A stretch of 32,000 nucleotides of DNA from Vibrio vulnificus CMCP6 (lineage in GTDB: Bacteria; Pseudomonadota; Gammaproteobacteria; Enterobacterales; Vibrionaceae), in contig NC_004459.3 in the NCBI RefSeq assembly GCF_000039765.1, positions 1,890,001 through 1,922,000 of the forward strand, given 5' to 3'. The position numbers were made by a program, and so were the translations under genes. Positions within the stretch are counted from its first letter, which is position 1, and every line of letters begins with the position of its first letter. This document shows, piece after piece, positions 1 through 10,667 of this stretch. The notes under the pieces are model-generated. The model searched no databases. It was not told where the DNA came from and was given only the letters and a program-made list of their open reading frames with translations.

Positions 1-174
1 GCAGACGTGAAAATCGGAGATGCGTGCCGCTGGCTTTTTACTCAATGTGTTCTACCTACGTCATGGTTTGAATGGCGAGATTATCAAGACCAAAGCAGTG
101 AAGTAGCAATGAAATATGGTCGGTTTTTGATTGGAATGCGAACGATAGCAACGATATATGTAACTGATAATTAA
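1..174 (+). other. Open reading frame fragment running in from the left edge (57 codons plus TAA); possible 3' end of a gene, identity unknown
   Basis: Frame 1 is open from base 1 to TAA at 172-174 (ADVKIGDACRWLFTQC...YVTDN*). No family recognised; could be chance. Confidence 0.2.
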
Positions 175-266
175 GTTTTTATTTCTAATTAAAACACGTA
201 ACGCAACTTTGGTGTTTTTGCCGCTGAACAAGAGGTTTATTGAAAGGCGGTAAGAGTCTTTATACA

Positions 267-293
267 TAAAAAAACGGGAGCTCGGCTCCCGTT
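267..293 (-). terminator. Rho-independent terminator for fadE (minus strand)
   Basis: Perfect 8-bp stem acgggagc/gctcccgt (274-281, 285-292) with a 3-nt loop, followed on the minus strand by a T-run (A-run at 267-273). Confidence 0.85.
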
Positions 294-317
294 GTACTTG
301 TGATACTTTTGTGGTGA

Positions 318-2765
318 CTAAGCAACGTTATCCATCACATCGGTATGAGACTTTTTTGCCGCCAGATGCTCTGGCTCAAAGTCATCAACATTGATGGTGT
401 ACAAACGATGTTGCTCCGCTTCTTTAAGCAAATCGGCTTCATCTTGAGAAATAATGCCTTGTGCTAGCCCCTCTTCTGCAATGGCATCCAAACGTAAGAA
501 TGGGCGGCGTTTACCTTGTGCTTTACACACTTTGTCAAACACAGGTTCTGCTTGCAAAATCACAGACAGTGCTAGCTCAATCTTGCCTGCGGCGTTGTGT
601 TCTGTTGGTTGCAAATACTGATTGCGACCAATGCGGCTACGTGTCGCGCTTGGGGTTTGTAGTATGCGTGCAACTTGACTATCGATTTTGTCGCTTGGTG
701 CTTTGCGCACACGGCCAAATGGCATGATCAAGACGCGCAAGGCTTTACCGATAATGGGGTTCGGGAAGTTGGCAAGAAACTCATCAATGGCCACTTCCGT
801 TTGCTTCAAGCTGTCTTGCAAACCCCAGTGAACCAAAGGCAGGTCTTCTACAGGGCGGCCATCTTGTTCAAAGCGTTTTAAGGTCGCTGAGCTCAAGTAA
901 AGCTGACTGAGGATATCGCCTAAGCGAGCTGATAGACGCTCACGACGCTTCAATGAGCCACCCAGCACGGCCATTGAAATGTCTGACAATAATGCCATGT
1001 TGGCGCTATAGCGATTGAGCTTCTGGTAGTAACGTTTGGTGGCATCGTGAGTTGGGGCGTTCGAGCCAAAACCATCGGTCAAACCAAACCAAATGCTGCG
1101 CACAAGGTTGCTCATGGTAAAGCTGACGTGGCCAGCCAAGGCTGCATCGAACTGTTCTACCGCATCAGATTTGTCCGAGTAGGCGGCTTCCATCTCTTTT
1201 AGTACATAGGGATGGCAACGAATGGCGCCTTGACCATAGATGATCATTGAACGAGTGAGGATGTTTGCCCCTTCCACCGTGACGGCGATGGGTGAACCTT
1301 GGTAGCCACGAGCAAGGAAGTTGGAGGGGCCAAGGCAAATGCCTTTACCACCGACGATATCCATTGCATCGATGATGCTGCGTTGGCCACGGTGAGTACA
1401 ATGGTATTTTACAATCGCTGAGATGACCGATGGTTTCTCACCAAGGTCGATACCGGCAACGGTAAGGTTGCTTGCCGCGTCCATCACATACGCGTTACCA
1501 CCTAAGCGTGCTAGTGCTTCTTCTACGCCTTCGAGATGGCCGATAGGCTGTTTAAATTGGCGACGAATGCGCGAGTAAGCACCGGTTGCCAATGCAGCGG
1601 ATTTGATACCACCGGTTGAGTTTGAAGGCAGGGTAATACCGCGACCAACAGAGAGACATTCAACCAGCATGCGCCAGCCTTGGCCTGCCATTTTTTGGCC
1701 ACCGATAATGAAATCGATCGGTACGAAAATATCTTGGCCACGCGTTGGGCCGTTCTGGAAGGGGACATTGAGAGGGAAATGACGGTTGCCGATTTCAACC
1801 CCTTTAATGTCTGTTGGGATAAGCGCACAAGTAATACCAAGATCTTCTTGCTCGCCGAGTAAGCCTTCAGGATCGCGAAGTTTGAAAGCAAGGCCCAAAA
1901 CCGTTGCTACAGGGGCAAGGGTAATGTAGCGCTTGTTCCATGTTAGGCGCATGCCCAAGACTTCTTTGCCTTCCCATTCGCCTTTACACACCACACCGTC
2001 ATCTGGAATAGAACCCGCATCCGAACCCGCTTCAGGGCTGGTGAGGGCAAAACAGGGGATCTCTTTACCTTCTGCAAGGCGAGGAAGGTAGTAATTTTTC
2101 TGCTCTTCTGTACCGTAATGTTGCAAAAGTTCACCAGGACCCAAAGAGTTTGGTACGCCAACGGTCGAAGAAAGAACACCAGAGACACCAGTCAGTTTTT
2201 GCAGTACCAAAGATTGCGCGTAAGCAGAAAACTCAAGGCCACCGTATTTCTTCTTAATGATCATGGCGAAGAATTTGTGATCTTTGAGATATTGCCAAAC
2301 TTCAGGAGGCAGATCGGCCAGTTCATGCGTCACTTGGTAATCGCTTACCATGGCACACACTTCATTTACCGGACCATCGAGGAAGGCTTGCTCTTCAGCA
2401 GAGAGTTTTGGTGCTGGAATGGCGTGTAGCTTTTTCCATTCTGGCTTGCCTTTGAAAAGCTCCGCTTCCCACCAAACGGTACCTGCATCCAACGCTTCTT
2501 TTTCCGTCTGAGACATGGCTGGAAGCACTTGCTTAAACAAGCCGAGTGCTTTTGCACTGATGAGCGATTGGCGTACAGAGGGCATAGCGAATACCGCCAG
2601 CGCTAATAAGTAGCTCAGCCAGCCGATTGAGCCGACGTAACCGGAGAAAGTTAACAGCAGCATCGTGGCGGTCAACAAGGTGACGGATTTGACTAATGAC
2701 ATTCGATGATAGAGCGTCACGCCCAATATCAAGGTCATCGCGAGTAGGGAGAGCAAGATGTCCAT
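318..2765 (-). CDS. fadE: Acyl-CoA dehydrogenase FadE
   Basis: 815-aa ORF with N-terminal membrane segments and acyl-CoA dehydrogenase motifs ([42 protein letters not shown]) typical of the long enterobacterial/Vibrio FadE. Confidence 0.95.
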   Translation of the reverse strand: MDILLSLLAMTLILGVTLYHRMSLVKSVTLLTATMLLLTFSGYVGSIGWLSYLLALAVFAMPSVRQSLISAKALGLFKQVLPAMSQTEKEALDAGTVWWEAELFKGKPEWKKLHAIPAPKLSAEEQAFLDGPVNEVCAMVSDYQVTHELADLPPEVWQYLKDHKFFAMIIKKKYGGLEFSAYAQSLVLQKLTGVSGVLSSTVGVPNSLGPGELLQHYGTEEQKNYYLPRLAEGKEIPCFALTSPEAGSDAGSIPDDGVVCKGEWEGKEVLGMRLTWNKRYITLAPVATVLGLAFKLRDPEGLLGEQEDLGITCALIPTDIKGVEIGNRHFPLNVPFQNGPTRGQDIFVPIDFIIGGQKMAGQGWRMLVECLSVGRGITLPSNSTGGIKSAALATGAYSRIRRQFKQPIGHLEGVEEALARLGGNAYVMDAASNLTVAGIDLGEKPSVISAIVKYHCTHRGQRSIIDAMDIVGGKGICLGPSNFLARGYQGSPIAVTVEGANILTRSMIIYGQGAIRCHPYVLKEMEAAYSDKSDAVEQFDAALAGHVSFTMSNLVRSIWFGLTDGFGSNAPTHDATKRYYQKLNRYSANMALLSDISMAVLGGSLKRRERLSARLGDILSQLYLSSATLKRFEQDGRPVEDLPLVHWGLQDSLKQTEVAIDEFLANFPNPIIGKALRVLIMPFGRVRKAPSDKIDSQVARILQTPSATRSRIGRNQYLQPTEHNAAGKIELALSVILQAEPVFDKVCKAQGKRRPFLRLDAIAEEGLAQGIISQDEADLLKEAEQHRLYTINVDDFEPEHLAAKKSHTDVMDNVA

Positions 2766-2816
2766 ATGTAGGTTCCTTTTCAGACAATTCGTTGTGTTAT
2801 ACGTCTGTGTTTTGGT

Positions 2817-2833
2817 AAGAGGTCAAACCAGTT
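2817..2833 (-). promoter_or_regulatory. Candidate FadR operator upstream of fadE
   Basis: Reverse complement reads AACTGGTTTGACCTCTT, close to the FadR-type palindrome AACTGGTCnGACCAGTT; 51 bp upstream of the fadE ATG. Confidence 0.5.
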
Positions 2834-3106
2834 GGTTTAAGTGTAATCAAAATATTAAAGAAATGTAAAACACAATTCTGAGCAAAAAGTGATCTGAGTA
2901 GAGTGAAAATTCTAAAATTGAGATTTCCATGGTGATTTCCTAAGCAGCTTTGAGCGAATCGCTTTACAAATCCGCGAAAACTGAGGCTTCGGTGTCGACA
3001 CTATTTCCTGTTTATGGGTAAACTCAGCGTATTGCTATGTTAGCTAGGCTGTCGCTCAGCAAACATCGACGTATAACGTGATAAACCAAGATAAAGAGAA
3101 CATCGT

Positions 3107-3682
3107 ATGTACCAAGATCTGATTAGAAATGAGTTAACTGAAGCTGCTGACGTACTAAATAAATTCCTAAGCGACGATCACAACATTGCGCAAATTGAAG
3201 CGGCAGCGAAAATGATTGCCGAATCTTTTAAGCAAGATGGCAAAGTGTTGTCTTGTGGTAACGGTGGTTCACATTGTGATGCGATGCATTTTGCCGAAGA
3301 ACTAACGGGCCGTTACCGTGAAAATCGCCCTGGTTACGCGGGTATTGCGATTTCAGATCCAAGCCATCTTTCTTGTGTCAGTAACGACTTTGGTTATGAC
3401 TATGTATTTTCTCGCTACGTTGAAGCGGTCGGTCGTAAAGGCGATGTGCTGTTTGGTCTATCAACGTCTGGCAATTCAGGCAACATTCTGAAAGCGATTG
3501 AAGCGGCGAAAGCCAAGGGCATGAAAACCATCGCACTGACGGGTAAAGATGGCGGTAAAATGGCGGGTCTTGCGGATGTTGAAATCCGAGTACCACACTT
3601 TGGTTACGCAGACCGTATTCAAGAAGTGCATATTAAAATTATCCATATCATCATCCAATTGATTGAGAAAGAGATGGAGTAA
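3107..3682 (+). CDS. gmhA: Phosphoheptose (sedoheptulose-7-phosphate) isomerase
   Basis: 191-aa ORF with SIS-domain motifs ([56 protein letters not shown]). Confidence 0.95.
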   Translation: MYQDLIRNELTEAADVLNKFLSDDHNIAQIEAAAKMIAESFKQDGKVLSCGNGGSHCDAMHFAEELTGRYRENRPGYAGIAISDPSHLSCVSNDFGYDYVFSRYVEAVGRKGDVLFGLSTSGNSGNILKAIEAAKAKGMKTIALTGKDGGKMAGLADVEIRVPHFGYADRIQEVHIKIIHIIIQLIEKEME

Positions 3683-3728
3683 TCTGATCGGGGCAACCCG
3701 TATCGATTTGTTCAGGGAGTTTTGTTCG

Positions 3729-4574
3729 ATGTGTGAATTGCTCGGTATGAGCGCCAATGTGCCAACAGACATCTGTTTTAGTTTTACTGGCTTGATGCAA
3801 CGAGGCGGTAAAACCGGACCACATAGAGATGGTTGGGGCATCACTTTCTATGAAGGAAAGGGATTTAGAACCTTCAAAGACCCAAATCCAAGTTGTGAAT
3901 CGAAGATTGCGGAGTTGGTGCAAAGTTATCCGATTAAAAGTTGTTCGGTGATCAGCCATATTCGCCAAGCGAATCGAGGTGGTGTTTCTTTAGAAAATAC
4001 CCACCCATTCACTCGTGAGCTTTGGGGGCGATATTGGACATTTGCACACAATGGCCAACTCACTGACTATCAATCGTTGGATACCGGGCGACATCGTCCA
4101 GTTGGGCAAACGGACAGTGAAAAAGCGTTTTGCTGGCTGATGAATCAATTGGAACAGCGTTATCCTGATATTCCTCAGGATATGGAACAGGTGTTTGCTT
4201 ACCTTGCCTCTTGCTGTGAAACCCTGCGAGAAAAAGGGGTGTTCAACATGCTGCTCAGTGATGGCGAATATGTGATGACGTATTGTACCAACCATCTTTA
4301 CTGGATCACGCGTCGAGCACCTTTTGGTAATGCAGCGTTGCTGGATGAAGATGTTGAGATTAACTTTCAAGAAGAGACCACGCCTAACGACGTTGTCTCT
4401 GTGATTGCGACCCAGCCTCTTACCGGTAATGAAACTTGGCAGAGAATGAAGCCAGGGGAGTATGGTCTGTTTCACTTTGGCGAGCGAGTCAGCAGTAATG
4501 CCAATTTATTACTTGATGTCCCGTTTGCAGCAGCAAAACCAAGCTGTCAAGCGCCAACGGAACCACTTGAATAA
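3729..4574 (+). CDS. yafJ: Class II glutamine amidotransferase, YafJ family
   Basis: Start at MCELLGMSANVPTDICFSFTGL with catalytic Cys2; HRDGWG and SHIRQAN.G motifs. The longer track ORF from 3663 probably includes non-coding codons. Confidence 0.88.
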   Translation: MCELLGMSANVPTDICFSFTGLMQRGGKTGPHRDGWGITFYEGKGFRTFKDPNPSCESKIAELVQSYPIKSCSVISHIRQANRGGVSLENTHPFTRELWGRYWTFAHNGQLTDYQSLDTGRHRPVGQTDSEKAFCWLMNQLEQRYPDIPQDMEQVFAYLASCCETLREKGVFNMLLSDGEYVMTYCTNHLYWITRRAPFGNAALLDEDVEINFQEETTPNDVVSVIATQPLTGNETWQRMKPGEYGLFHFGERVSSNANLLLDVPFAAAKPSCQAPTEPLE

Positions 4575-4597
4575 AACGGTATTGCGAGTTTGTATTG

Positions 4598-4629
4598 AAA
4601 ATGGGTTGCGATAAGCAACCCATTTTTTC
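4598..4629 (+). terminator. Rho-independent terminator after yafJ
   Basis: 10-bp stem aatgggttgc/gcaacccatt (4600-4609, 4615-4624) then T-run. Confidence 0.8.
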
Positions 4630-4660
4630 TTTCGATGTCGAGTGGCGACAATGAATCGCC

Positions 4661-5299
4661 TTACTCTGCAGCGTAACCGGCGCTGCCAAGTGGTTGGCCA
4701 TCGAGATAGGCAACACCTTGTTGCATGACAAGCCGCTCTTCTGCCATCCATTTCACCACTAAGGGATAGATGCTGTGCTCTTGCGTTAACACACGTTCCG
4801 CTAGGCTTTGTGCGTCATCTTCTGCGAAAACAGGCACTTTCGCCTGTAAGATCACTGGGCCCCCATCTAATTCTTCCGTGACAAAATGCACACTGGTGCC
4901 GTGTTCACTGTCCCCGGCATCGATAGCGCGCTGGTGGGTATGAAGGCCGGGGTATTTAGGCAAGAGGGAAGGATGTATATTGACCATTTTTCCTAAATAG
5001 TGACGTACAAATTCACCACTCAGAATGCGCATGTAACCAGCCAGTACTACGATGTCGGGTTGGTATTCGTCTATCGCTTTCATCAATTCACGATCAAAAC
5101 TTTCTCTATCGGTAAAAGCTTTGGGATCGATGTAGTGAGCGGGTACCGAAAACTGTTTGGCTCGTTCAAGACCGTAAGCGTCGGCTTTGTTTGAGAAAAC
5201 CGCACACACTTTGGCTCGGCTTGTATCACACTCGCATGCTTCAAGAATGGCTTGCAGGTTGCTGCCGCTGCCGGAAATCAGTACCACGATTTTTTTCAT
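4661..5299 (-). CDS. purN: Phosphoribosylglycinamide formyltransferase
   Basis: MKKIVVLISGSGSNLQAILEAC...; HPSLLPKYPGLHTHQRAIDAGDSEHGTSVHFVTEELDGGPVILQAKV. Internal ATG at 5299 preferred over the track start. Confidence 0.95.
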   Translation of the reverse strand: MKKIVVLISGSGSNLQAILEACECDTSRAKVCAVFSNKADAYGLERAKQFSVPAHYIDPKAFTDRESFDRELMKAIDEYQPDIVVLAGYMRILSGEFVRHYLGKMVNIHPSLLPKYPGLHTHQRAIDAGDSEHGTSVHFVTEELDGGPVILQAKVPVFAEDDAQSLAERVLTQEHSIYPLVVKWMAEERLVMQQGVAYLDGQPLGSAGYAAE

Positions 5300-5438
5300 A
5301 ACCACTGTCCATTTACTGCTGGTTCTTAAGATCACTGTCTTGCAAGAAAATACCTGCTTTTTGCAGGGTTTTCAGTGTGCCAAATAGCAGAATGAGGACA
5401 TAACGTCCTCATTCTGAAGTTATTTTAGGTTTTGCAGC

Positions 5439-6479
5439 TTAGTTGATTTCAACTTGCTCTTCGCCAGCTTCGGCCTGAGCAATCGCACCAATCACCCACG
5501 CTTTTTCACCTTCTTGTTGAAGCAGCGCAACCGCAGCTTCCGCTTGATCTTGAGGTAGTGCCACAATCAAGCCGACACCACAGTTGAATGTACGGTACAT
5601 TTCGCGCGTAGCCACATTTCCTTTTTCTTGCAGCCATTGGAAAATGACCGGCCATTCCCAGCTCTTTCCATCGATCACCGCTTTGGTACCTTCTGGCAAT
5701 ACGCGTGGGATGTTTTCCCAGAAACCGCCGCCAGTGATGTGCGAGATAGCGTGAATGTCATGTTGCTCAATCATTTTGAGTGCAGACTTGATGTAAATTT
5801 TGGTTGGCTCAAGTAGGTGCTCACCAATAGTGCGGCCTGCAAGCTCCTCATTTTTGTCTGCGCCAGACACTTCGAGGATTTTACGCACTAATGAGTAACC
5901 GTTTGAGTGTGGACCACTTGAACCGACAGCGATCAATGCATCGCCTACCGCGACTTTAGTACCGTCGATAATGTCTTCTTTCTCTACTACACCGACACAG
6001 AAGCCTGCGACGTCGTAGTCTTCGCCTTCGTACATGCCCGGCATTTCTGCGGTCTCACCGCCGATCAAAGCACAACCTGCTTGAATACAGCCTTCCGCGA
6101 TGCCCGAAATAACATCCGCAGCCACATCGACATCCAGCTTGCCCGTTGCGTAGTAATCAAGGAAAAACAGAGGTTCAGCACCTTGTACGATCAAATCGTT
6201 TACACACATAGCAACGAGATCAATACCAATGGTGTCGTGCTTGTTCATATCCAGAGCTAAGCGCAGCTTGGTGCCAACGCCATCAGTGCCAGAAACTAGA
6301 ACAGGTTGCTTGTACTTTGTTGGTAGTTCGCATAAAGCACCAAAACCACCAATGCCACCCATTACTTCAGGGCGACGTGTACGTTTTACAGAACCTTTAA
6401 TACGCTCAACCAGGGCGTTGCCTGCATCAATATCTACACCAGCATCTTTATAGCTAAGAGAAGAGTTGTTACCACTCAC
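5439..6479 (-). CDS. purM: Phosphoribosylformylglycinamidine cyclo-ligase (AIR synthetase)
   Basis: 346-aa ORF: [48 protein letters not shown]-like segment ([27 protein letters not shown]). Confidence 0.97.
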
Positions 6480-6544
6480 GGGGAAGTCCTCGGTTTGAAG
6501 TTGGATATGAAAACGGCGCTATTCTATCAGGGCTGGAATATAAA

Positions 6545-6560
6545 GAGCAAACGTTTGCGC
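6545..6560 (-). promoter_or_regulatory. Candidate PurR operator for purMN (also between purM and divergent upp)
   Basis: Minus strand GCGCAAACGTTTGCTC, near-perfect match to aCGCAAACGTTTGCGt; 66 bp upstream of purM start. Confidence 0.75.
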
Positions 6561-6657
6561 AAGTTTTTTTGTTGTGCAATGTAACGAGAAATTCTGTACG
6601 AAATCGTTTATAATCGGCAAGTTTATGTAAATTTTATCTATATTGCCGGAGATGGAC

Positions 6658-7284
6658 ATGAAAGTTGTTGAAGTAAAACACCCTCTTGTAAAACACAAAA
6701 TTGGTTTGATGAGAGAAGGTGATATCAGCACTAAGCGTTTTCGTGAGCTAGCCACTGAAGTTGGTAGTCTTTTAACTTACGAAGCAACTTCAGATTTTGA
6801 AACGGAAAAAGTGACCATTGAAGGTTGGAATGGCCCAGTTGAAGTGGATCAAATCAAGGGCAAAAAAGTAACGGTTGTGCCAATCCTACGTGCTGGTCTA
6901 GGCATGATGGATGGCGTACTTGAACACATGCCAAGTGCACGTATCAGCGTAGTTGGTATTTACCGCGATGAAGAAACATTAGAGCCAATCCCATACTTCA
7001 ACAAGCTGGCTTCTAACATGGAAGAACGCATTGCATTGGTGGTTGACCCAATGCTTGCAACAGGCGGTTCTATGATCGCGACGATCGACCTTCTCAAAGA
7101 GAAAGGCTGTCAGCAAATCAAAGTGTTGGTGTTGGTTGCTGCGCCAGAAGGTATTGAAGCGCTAGAGAAAGCACACCCAGATGTTGAACTGTACTGCGCA
7201 GCTATCGATGAGAAACTGAATGACAAGGGCTACATTGTCCCTGGTCTTGGTGATGCTGGTGATAAGATTTTCGGTACCAAGTAA
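6658..7284 (+). CDS. upp: Uracil phosphoribosyltransferase
   Basis: [36 protein letters not shown]...; PRPP loop [14 protein letters not shown]. Confidence 0.97.
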
Positions 7285-7313
7285 TCCTTCCGATTTGTCT
7301 AATGCAAATTAAT

Positions 7314-7349
7314 AAAAAATGCCTGGTCACTGACCAGGCATTTTTTTTA
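7314..7349. terminator. Bidirectional rho-independent terminator between convergent upp and uraA
   Basis: 10-bp stem tgcctggtca/tgaccaggca (7320-7329, 7331-7340) flanked by an A-run and a T-run. Confidence 0.9.
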
Positions 7350-7411
7350 TTCGGATTTCTTTACGTTCGGCAAACAAGGTGTGGTTCACCGAACCAAGCT
7401 TCATTTGGCAA

Positions 7412-8665
7412 TCAGTTTTGTACTTCTTCTTCCATCTGAGCGTTATCCACTACGTGGTTTTCACCCATGTCATGCGGCAGGATAAGGTTAAGAATAATCG
7501 CCACGATACCACATAGACTCACGCCCTGTAGGCTGAACTCGCCAATACCAAAAGCCATACCGCCAATACCAAACACCAATGTCACCGCGACAATCACAAG
7601 GTTGCGAGATTTATGCAGATCTACGTGATTCTTGATTAACGTATTAAGACCTACAGTGGCAATCGAACCAAAGAGAAGAATCATAATACCGCCCATTACA
7701 GGAACAGGAATGGTTTGCAGGGTAGCCCCTAATTTACCGACAAGTGCAAGAACAATAGCGGTTATTGCCGCCCATGTCATGATGACTGGGTTGTAAGCTT
7801 TGGTGAGCATCACTGCGCCAGTAACTTCACTGTAGGTTGTGTTTGGTGGTGCACCAACCATCGATGCGGCAATGGTCGCAACCCCGTCACCAGCAATCGT
7901 GCGGTGTAGTCCTGGTTTTTTCAGGTAGTTTTTACCTGTGACGTTAGAGATTGCCAACATGTCACCTACGTGCTCAACCGCAGGAGCGATTGCAACAGGG
8001 ATCATGAATAGAATCGCGTTGATGTTGAACTCAGGTGTGGTGAAGTTTGGCATGGCCAGCCAAGCGGCTTGAGCCACCGGTGTAAAATCAACCACTCCGT
8101 AGAATAGTGAAACCGAGTAACCTGCCAAGATACCGCCGACGATAGGAACCAGCTTTAGGAAACCTTTTGCAAATACGCTCAGCGCAATCGTCGTGAAGAG
8201 TGAAACTGCGGAGATGATGATTGCTGCATCACCATTGACGAGTTGAACCGCACCATCACCAGTTTTCCCTACCGCCATGTTGACCGCCGTTGGCGCAAGA
8301 CCAAGGCCGATAACCATGATCACTGGGCCGACGACGACAGGTGGTAAAATTTTGTGAATGAAGCCCACGCCACGTACTTTGATCATCGCGCCAAGTGCAA
8401 CGTAAACCAAACCTGCCGCCATTAAGCCACCCATGGTTGCGCCAATACCCCAAGTTTGAATACCAAACATGATTGGCGCAATAAAAGCGAAAGAGGAGGC
8501 TAGAAAAATGGGAACGCTTCGTTTGGTGATCAATTGGAACAATAAGGTGCCGACACCTGCACCAAATAAAGCGACGTTAGGGTCCAATCCGGTCAGCAAA
8601 GGTACAAGTACCAAGGCACCGAATGCGACAAATAACATTTGTGCACCCTGTAAAGCATTTTTCAT
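7412..8665 (-). CDS. uraA: Uracil permease (nucleobase:cation symporter-2 family)
   Basis: 417-aa polytopic protein; SVPIFLASSFAFIAPI, VAIAPAVEHVGDMLAIS, NTTYSEVTGAVMLTK motifs; adjacent to upp. Confidence 0.93.
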   Translation of the reverse strand: MKNALQGAQMLFVAFGALVLVPLLTGLDPNVALFGAGVGTLLFQLITKRSVPIFLASSFAFIAPIMFGIQTWGIGATMGGLMAAGLVYVALGAMIKVRGVGFIHKILPPVVVGPVIMVIGLGLAPTAVNMAVGKTGDGAVQLVNGDAAIIISAVSLFTTIALSVFAKGFLKLVPIVGGILAGYSVSLFYGVVDFTPVAQAAWLAMPNFTTPEFNINAILFMIPVAIAPAVEHVGDMLAISNVTGKNYLKKPGLHRTIAGDGVATIAASMVGAPPNTTYSEVTGAVMLTKAYNPVIMTWAAITAIVLALVGKLGATLQTIPVPVMGGIMILLFGSIATVGLNTLIKNHVDLHKSRNLVIVAVTLVFGIGGMAFGIGEFSLQGVSLCGIVAIILNLILPHDMGENHVVDNAQMEEEVQN

Positions 8666-8716
8666 AAAGGCTCCCTATTAATAACTATGCAGATAAATTT
8701 GCGGGATTCTATCACT

Positions 8717-8732
8717 TTGCAAACGATTGCTA
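8717..8732. promoter_or_regulatory. Possible degenerate PurR-like box upstream of uraA
   Basis: ttGCAAACGaTTGCta, core GCAAACG-TTGC preserved; 52 bp upstream of uraA start. Confidence 0.35.
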
Positions 8733-8903
8733 AGTATTTTTGATCAATTTTTTGCAAGATTGCTGCTGTTTGTCCGTAAATCAAACGAATTGAGAGCTTT
8801 TTATTCACTTGACTGAGAAGTGCAGTAAAAATCTGCTGTTTTCTTGCTCATGATGGGAGAGTTGCTTATCATCTGACATCTCAAGAAGTAACTTAGGACT
8901 TAT

Positions 8904-10115
8904 ATGCGTTATTTAGCTCTATTGATGATCGGGTGTTTATCGCTACCCGCTTATGCATTAACTCAGGTGGATATCTACCGCACAGAAGTCGCGATTGACA
9001 GCACAAAAGACAAAGGTGAAGAGTTAGCTCGTCAGCAGGCAATGAAGCAGGTTATTGTTCGAGCATCCGGTTACCAAGACTCGGTTGATAATCCCGTTGT
9101 GACAAAGGCACTTCAATCCAGCGCCCGTTATATTTCGCAATTGAGCTATGGCAAAGAAGGGGATGTCATGACCCTGAAGTTGCTTTTTAATGATGCGCAA
9201 ATTCGCTCGCTATTAACGCAAGCCCAACTGCCTTTTTGGCCAACAAACCGAAATAATCTGCTGGTTTGGTTGGTGGAAGAGCAAAACTATGATCGCAAGA
9301 TCGTGTGGGAGCACTCGGCGAGCAACGTTTCTGACCAATTGAAGCAAGCCGCTCGTGATCGTGGTTTGCCATTGACGTTGCCTGTGGGTGACTTTGACGA
9401 TATCACAGGTATTGAAGTGTCGGACTTGTGGGGAGGCTTTGCCAAACCGATCAGTTTAGCCAGCGGTCGCTACCCAGTGGATGGCGTGTTGGTGATTCGT
9501 GCTCAAGGAAATTCATTGCGTTGGAATCTGTACGATCAATCCCCTGGCGCTATCGCGCGTTCGAATGTTGCGCCTGTCACCGGAAGTGCCAATGGTGGTG
9601 ATGCAGCGACACAACTGATTAATGCTGTTGCCGATTTTTATGCTAAACGTAGCGCCGTCGTTGTTCTTGGTGAGTCCTCTGAATCGGTCGTGGTGAAGTT
9701 TTTAAACATCAACAACGCAATTGATTTCTTTACGTTAGAAAAGACACTCACGTCGTTGAACTCAGTGGCCAATCTTGATGTATTAGAAATCAAAGGTAAT
9801 GAGTTGATGTTGCGTGTGCACTTGCTGGCTTCGCAAGAAGCGTTTGAGCAAGAAGCCACAAAGCTGTCTAAAATCACCAAATTTGATGATCCGTTGCTGG
9901 TAGAAGATGAAGAGAATGCTGTGCCAGTGCCGCCAATTGAGACGCAAGTGCAGCCAACAAAAAATGACGCACTGACAAAAAGTGATGAGGTGGGTGAACC
10001 CTCCATTGAGCCCATCATGCCAACACTGAACGAGGAGACCACTCATTCGCCAGTGGTGGTCGAACAACCGCCAGCCAAGCCCAAATATCAAATGGTGTTT
10101 GAGTGGTTAAGTTAG
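8904..10115 (+). CDS. DUF2066 domain-containing exported protein
   Basis: 403-aa ORF with N-terminal signal peptide (MRYLALLMIGCLSLPAYA); sequence and purMN-side location resemble DUF2066 proteins; Pro-rich C-terminal tail. Confidence 0.75.
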   Translation: MRYLALLMIGCLSLPAYALTQVDIYRTEVAIDSTKDKGEELARQQAMKQVIVRASGYQDSVDNPVVTKALQSSARYISQLSYGKEGDVMTLKLLFNDAQIRSLLTQAQLPFWPTNRNNLLVWLVEEQNYDRKIVWEHSASNVSDQLKQAARDRGLPLTLPVGDFDDITGIEVSDLWGGFAKPISLASGRYPVDGVLVIRAQGNSLRWNLYDQSPGAIARSNVAPVTGSANGGDAATQLINAVADFYAKRSAVVVLGESSESVVVKFLNINNAIDFFTLEKTLTSLNSVANLDVLEIKGNELMLRVHLLASQEAFEQEATKLSKITKFDDPLLVEDEENAVPVPPIETQVQPTKNDALTKSDEVGEPSIEPIMPTLNEETTHSPVVVEQPPAKPKYQMVFEWLS

Positions 10116-10163
10116 GTTGCTCTCGTGATATAAGCTTCTAATACTGTGAATAGTTAGATATAA

Positions 10164-10198
10164 AAACAGCCAACGTTGATCGTTGGCTGTTTTTTTAT
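10164..10198. terminator. Terminator between DUF2066 gene and convergent DUF2069 gene
   Basis: 12-bp stem aaacagccaacg/cgttggctgttt (10164-10175, 10181-10192) then T-run. Confidence 0.85.
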
Positions 10199-10232
10199 GC
10201 TTATTGCGACAATGAGGGCAAAAGCCATTATG

Positions 10233-10667
10233 TTACGGCTGATTACCAAACTTCGCTTTCTCCTCTTTTTCGACTTGCGATAGCTTTTTCAACTTCATTC
10301 CTAGCTCTTGGCCGCGCGCTCTCGCAAAGAGAATATTGCCAGCAAATCCTAACGTGGTGAGCAACAGCTCGACCAAAGCCAGCCAACGCTCACCACCATC
10401 GACGTACAAAATCGTTAAAGCGTGTAAAAAATAGAGCATTAAAACAAAGTTTGCCCAAGCGTGGGTGTAGGGCTTACCCGCCAAAATACCTGGTAATGGT
10501 AAAAGTAGGGGAATACACCATGCGATCGCGAGGGTAGTGGAACTTAAATGAGGGTGTGGCGATAACGCCAATTGCCAAAGTACAACCCACAGTAACAGCG
10601 ATAAATTGCCAAACAAGGCCAAATAGCGGTACTGCTGTGTTTTTGGACTCATGTCGACATCAGACAT
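10233..10667 (-). CDS. DUF2069-like small membrane protein
   Basis: 144-aa ORF with four predicted hydrophobic segments; first codon abuts the upstream wrbA-like stop. Confidence 0.7.
   Translation of the reverse strand: MSDVDMSPKTQQYRYLALFGNLSLLLWVVLWQLALSPHPHLSSTTLAIAWCIPLLLPLPGILAGKPYTHAWANFVLMLYFLHALTILYVDGGERWLALVELLLTTLGFAGNILFARARGQELGMKLKKLSQVEKEEKAKFGNQP

Noticed and set aside
61-267. 68-aa plus-strand ORF at the left edge
   Set aside because: Sits in A/T-rich intergenic sequence, no recognisable domain, overlaps the fadE terminator region.
461-881. Plus-strand ORFs antisense to fadE
   Set aside because: Fully inside the strongly supported fadE reading frame on the opposite strand; typical shadow ORFs.
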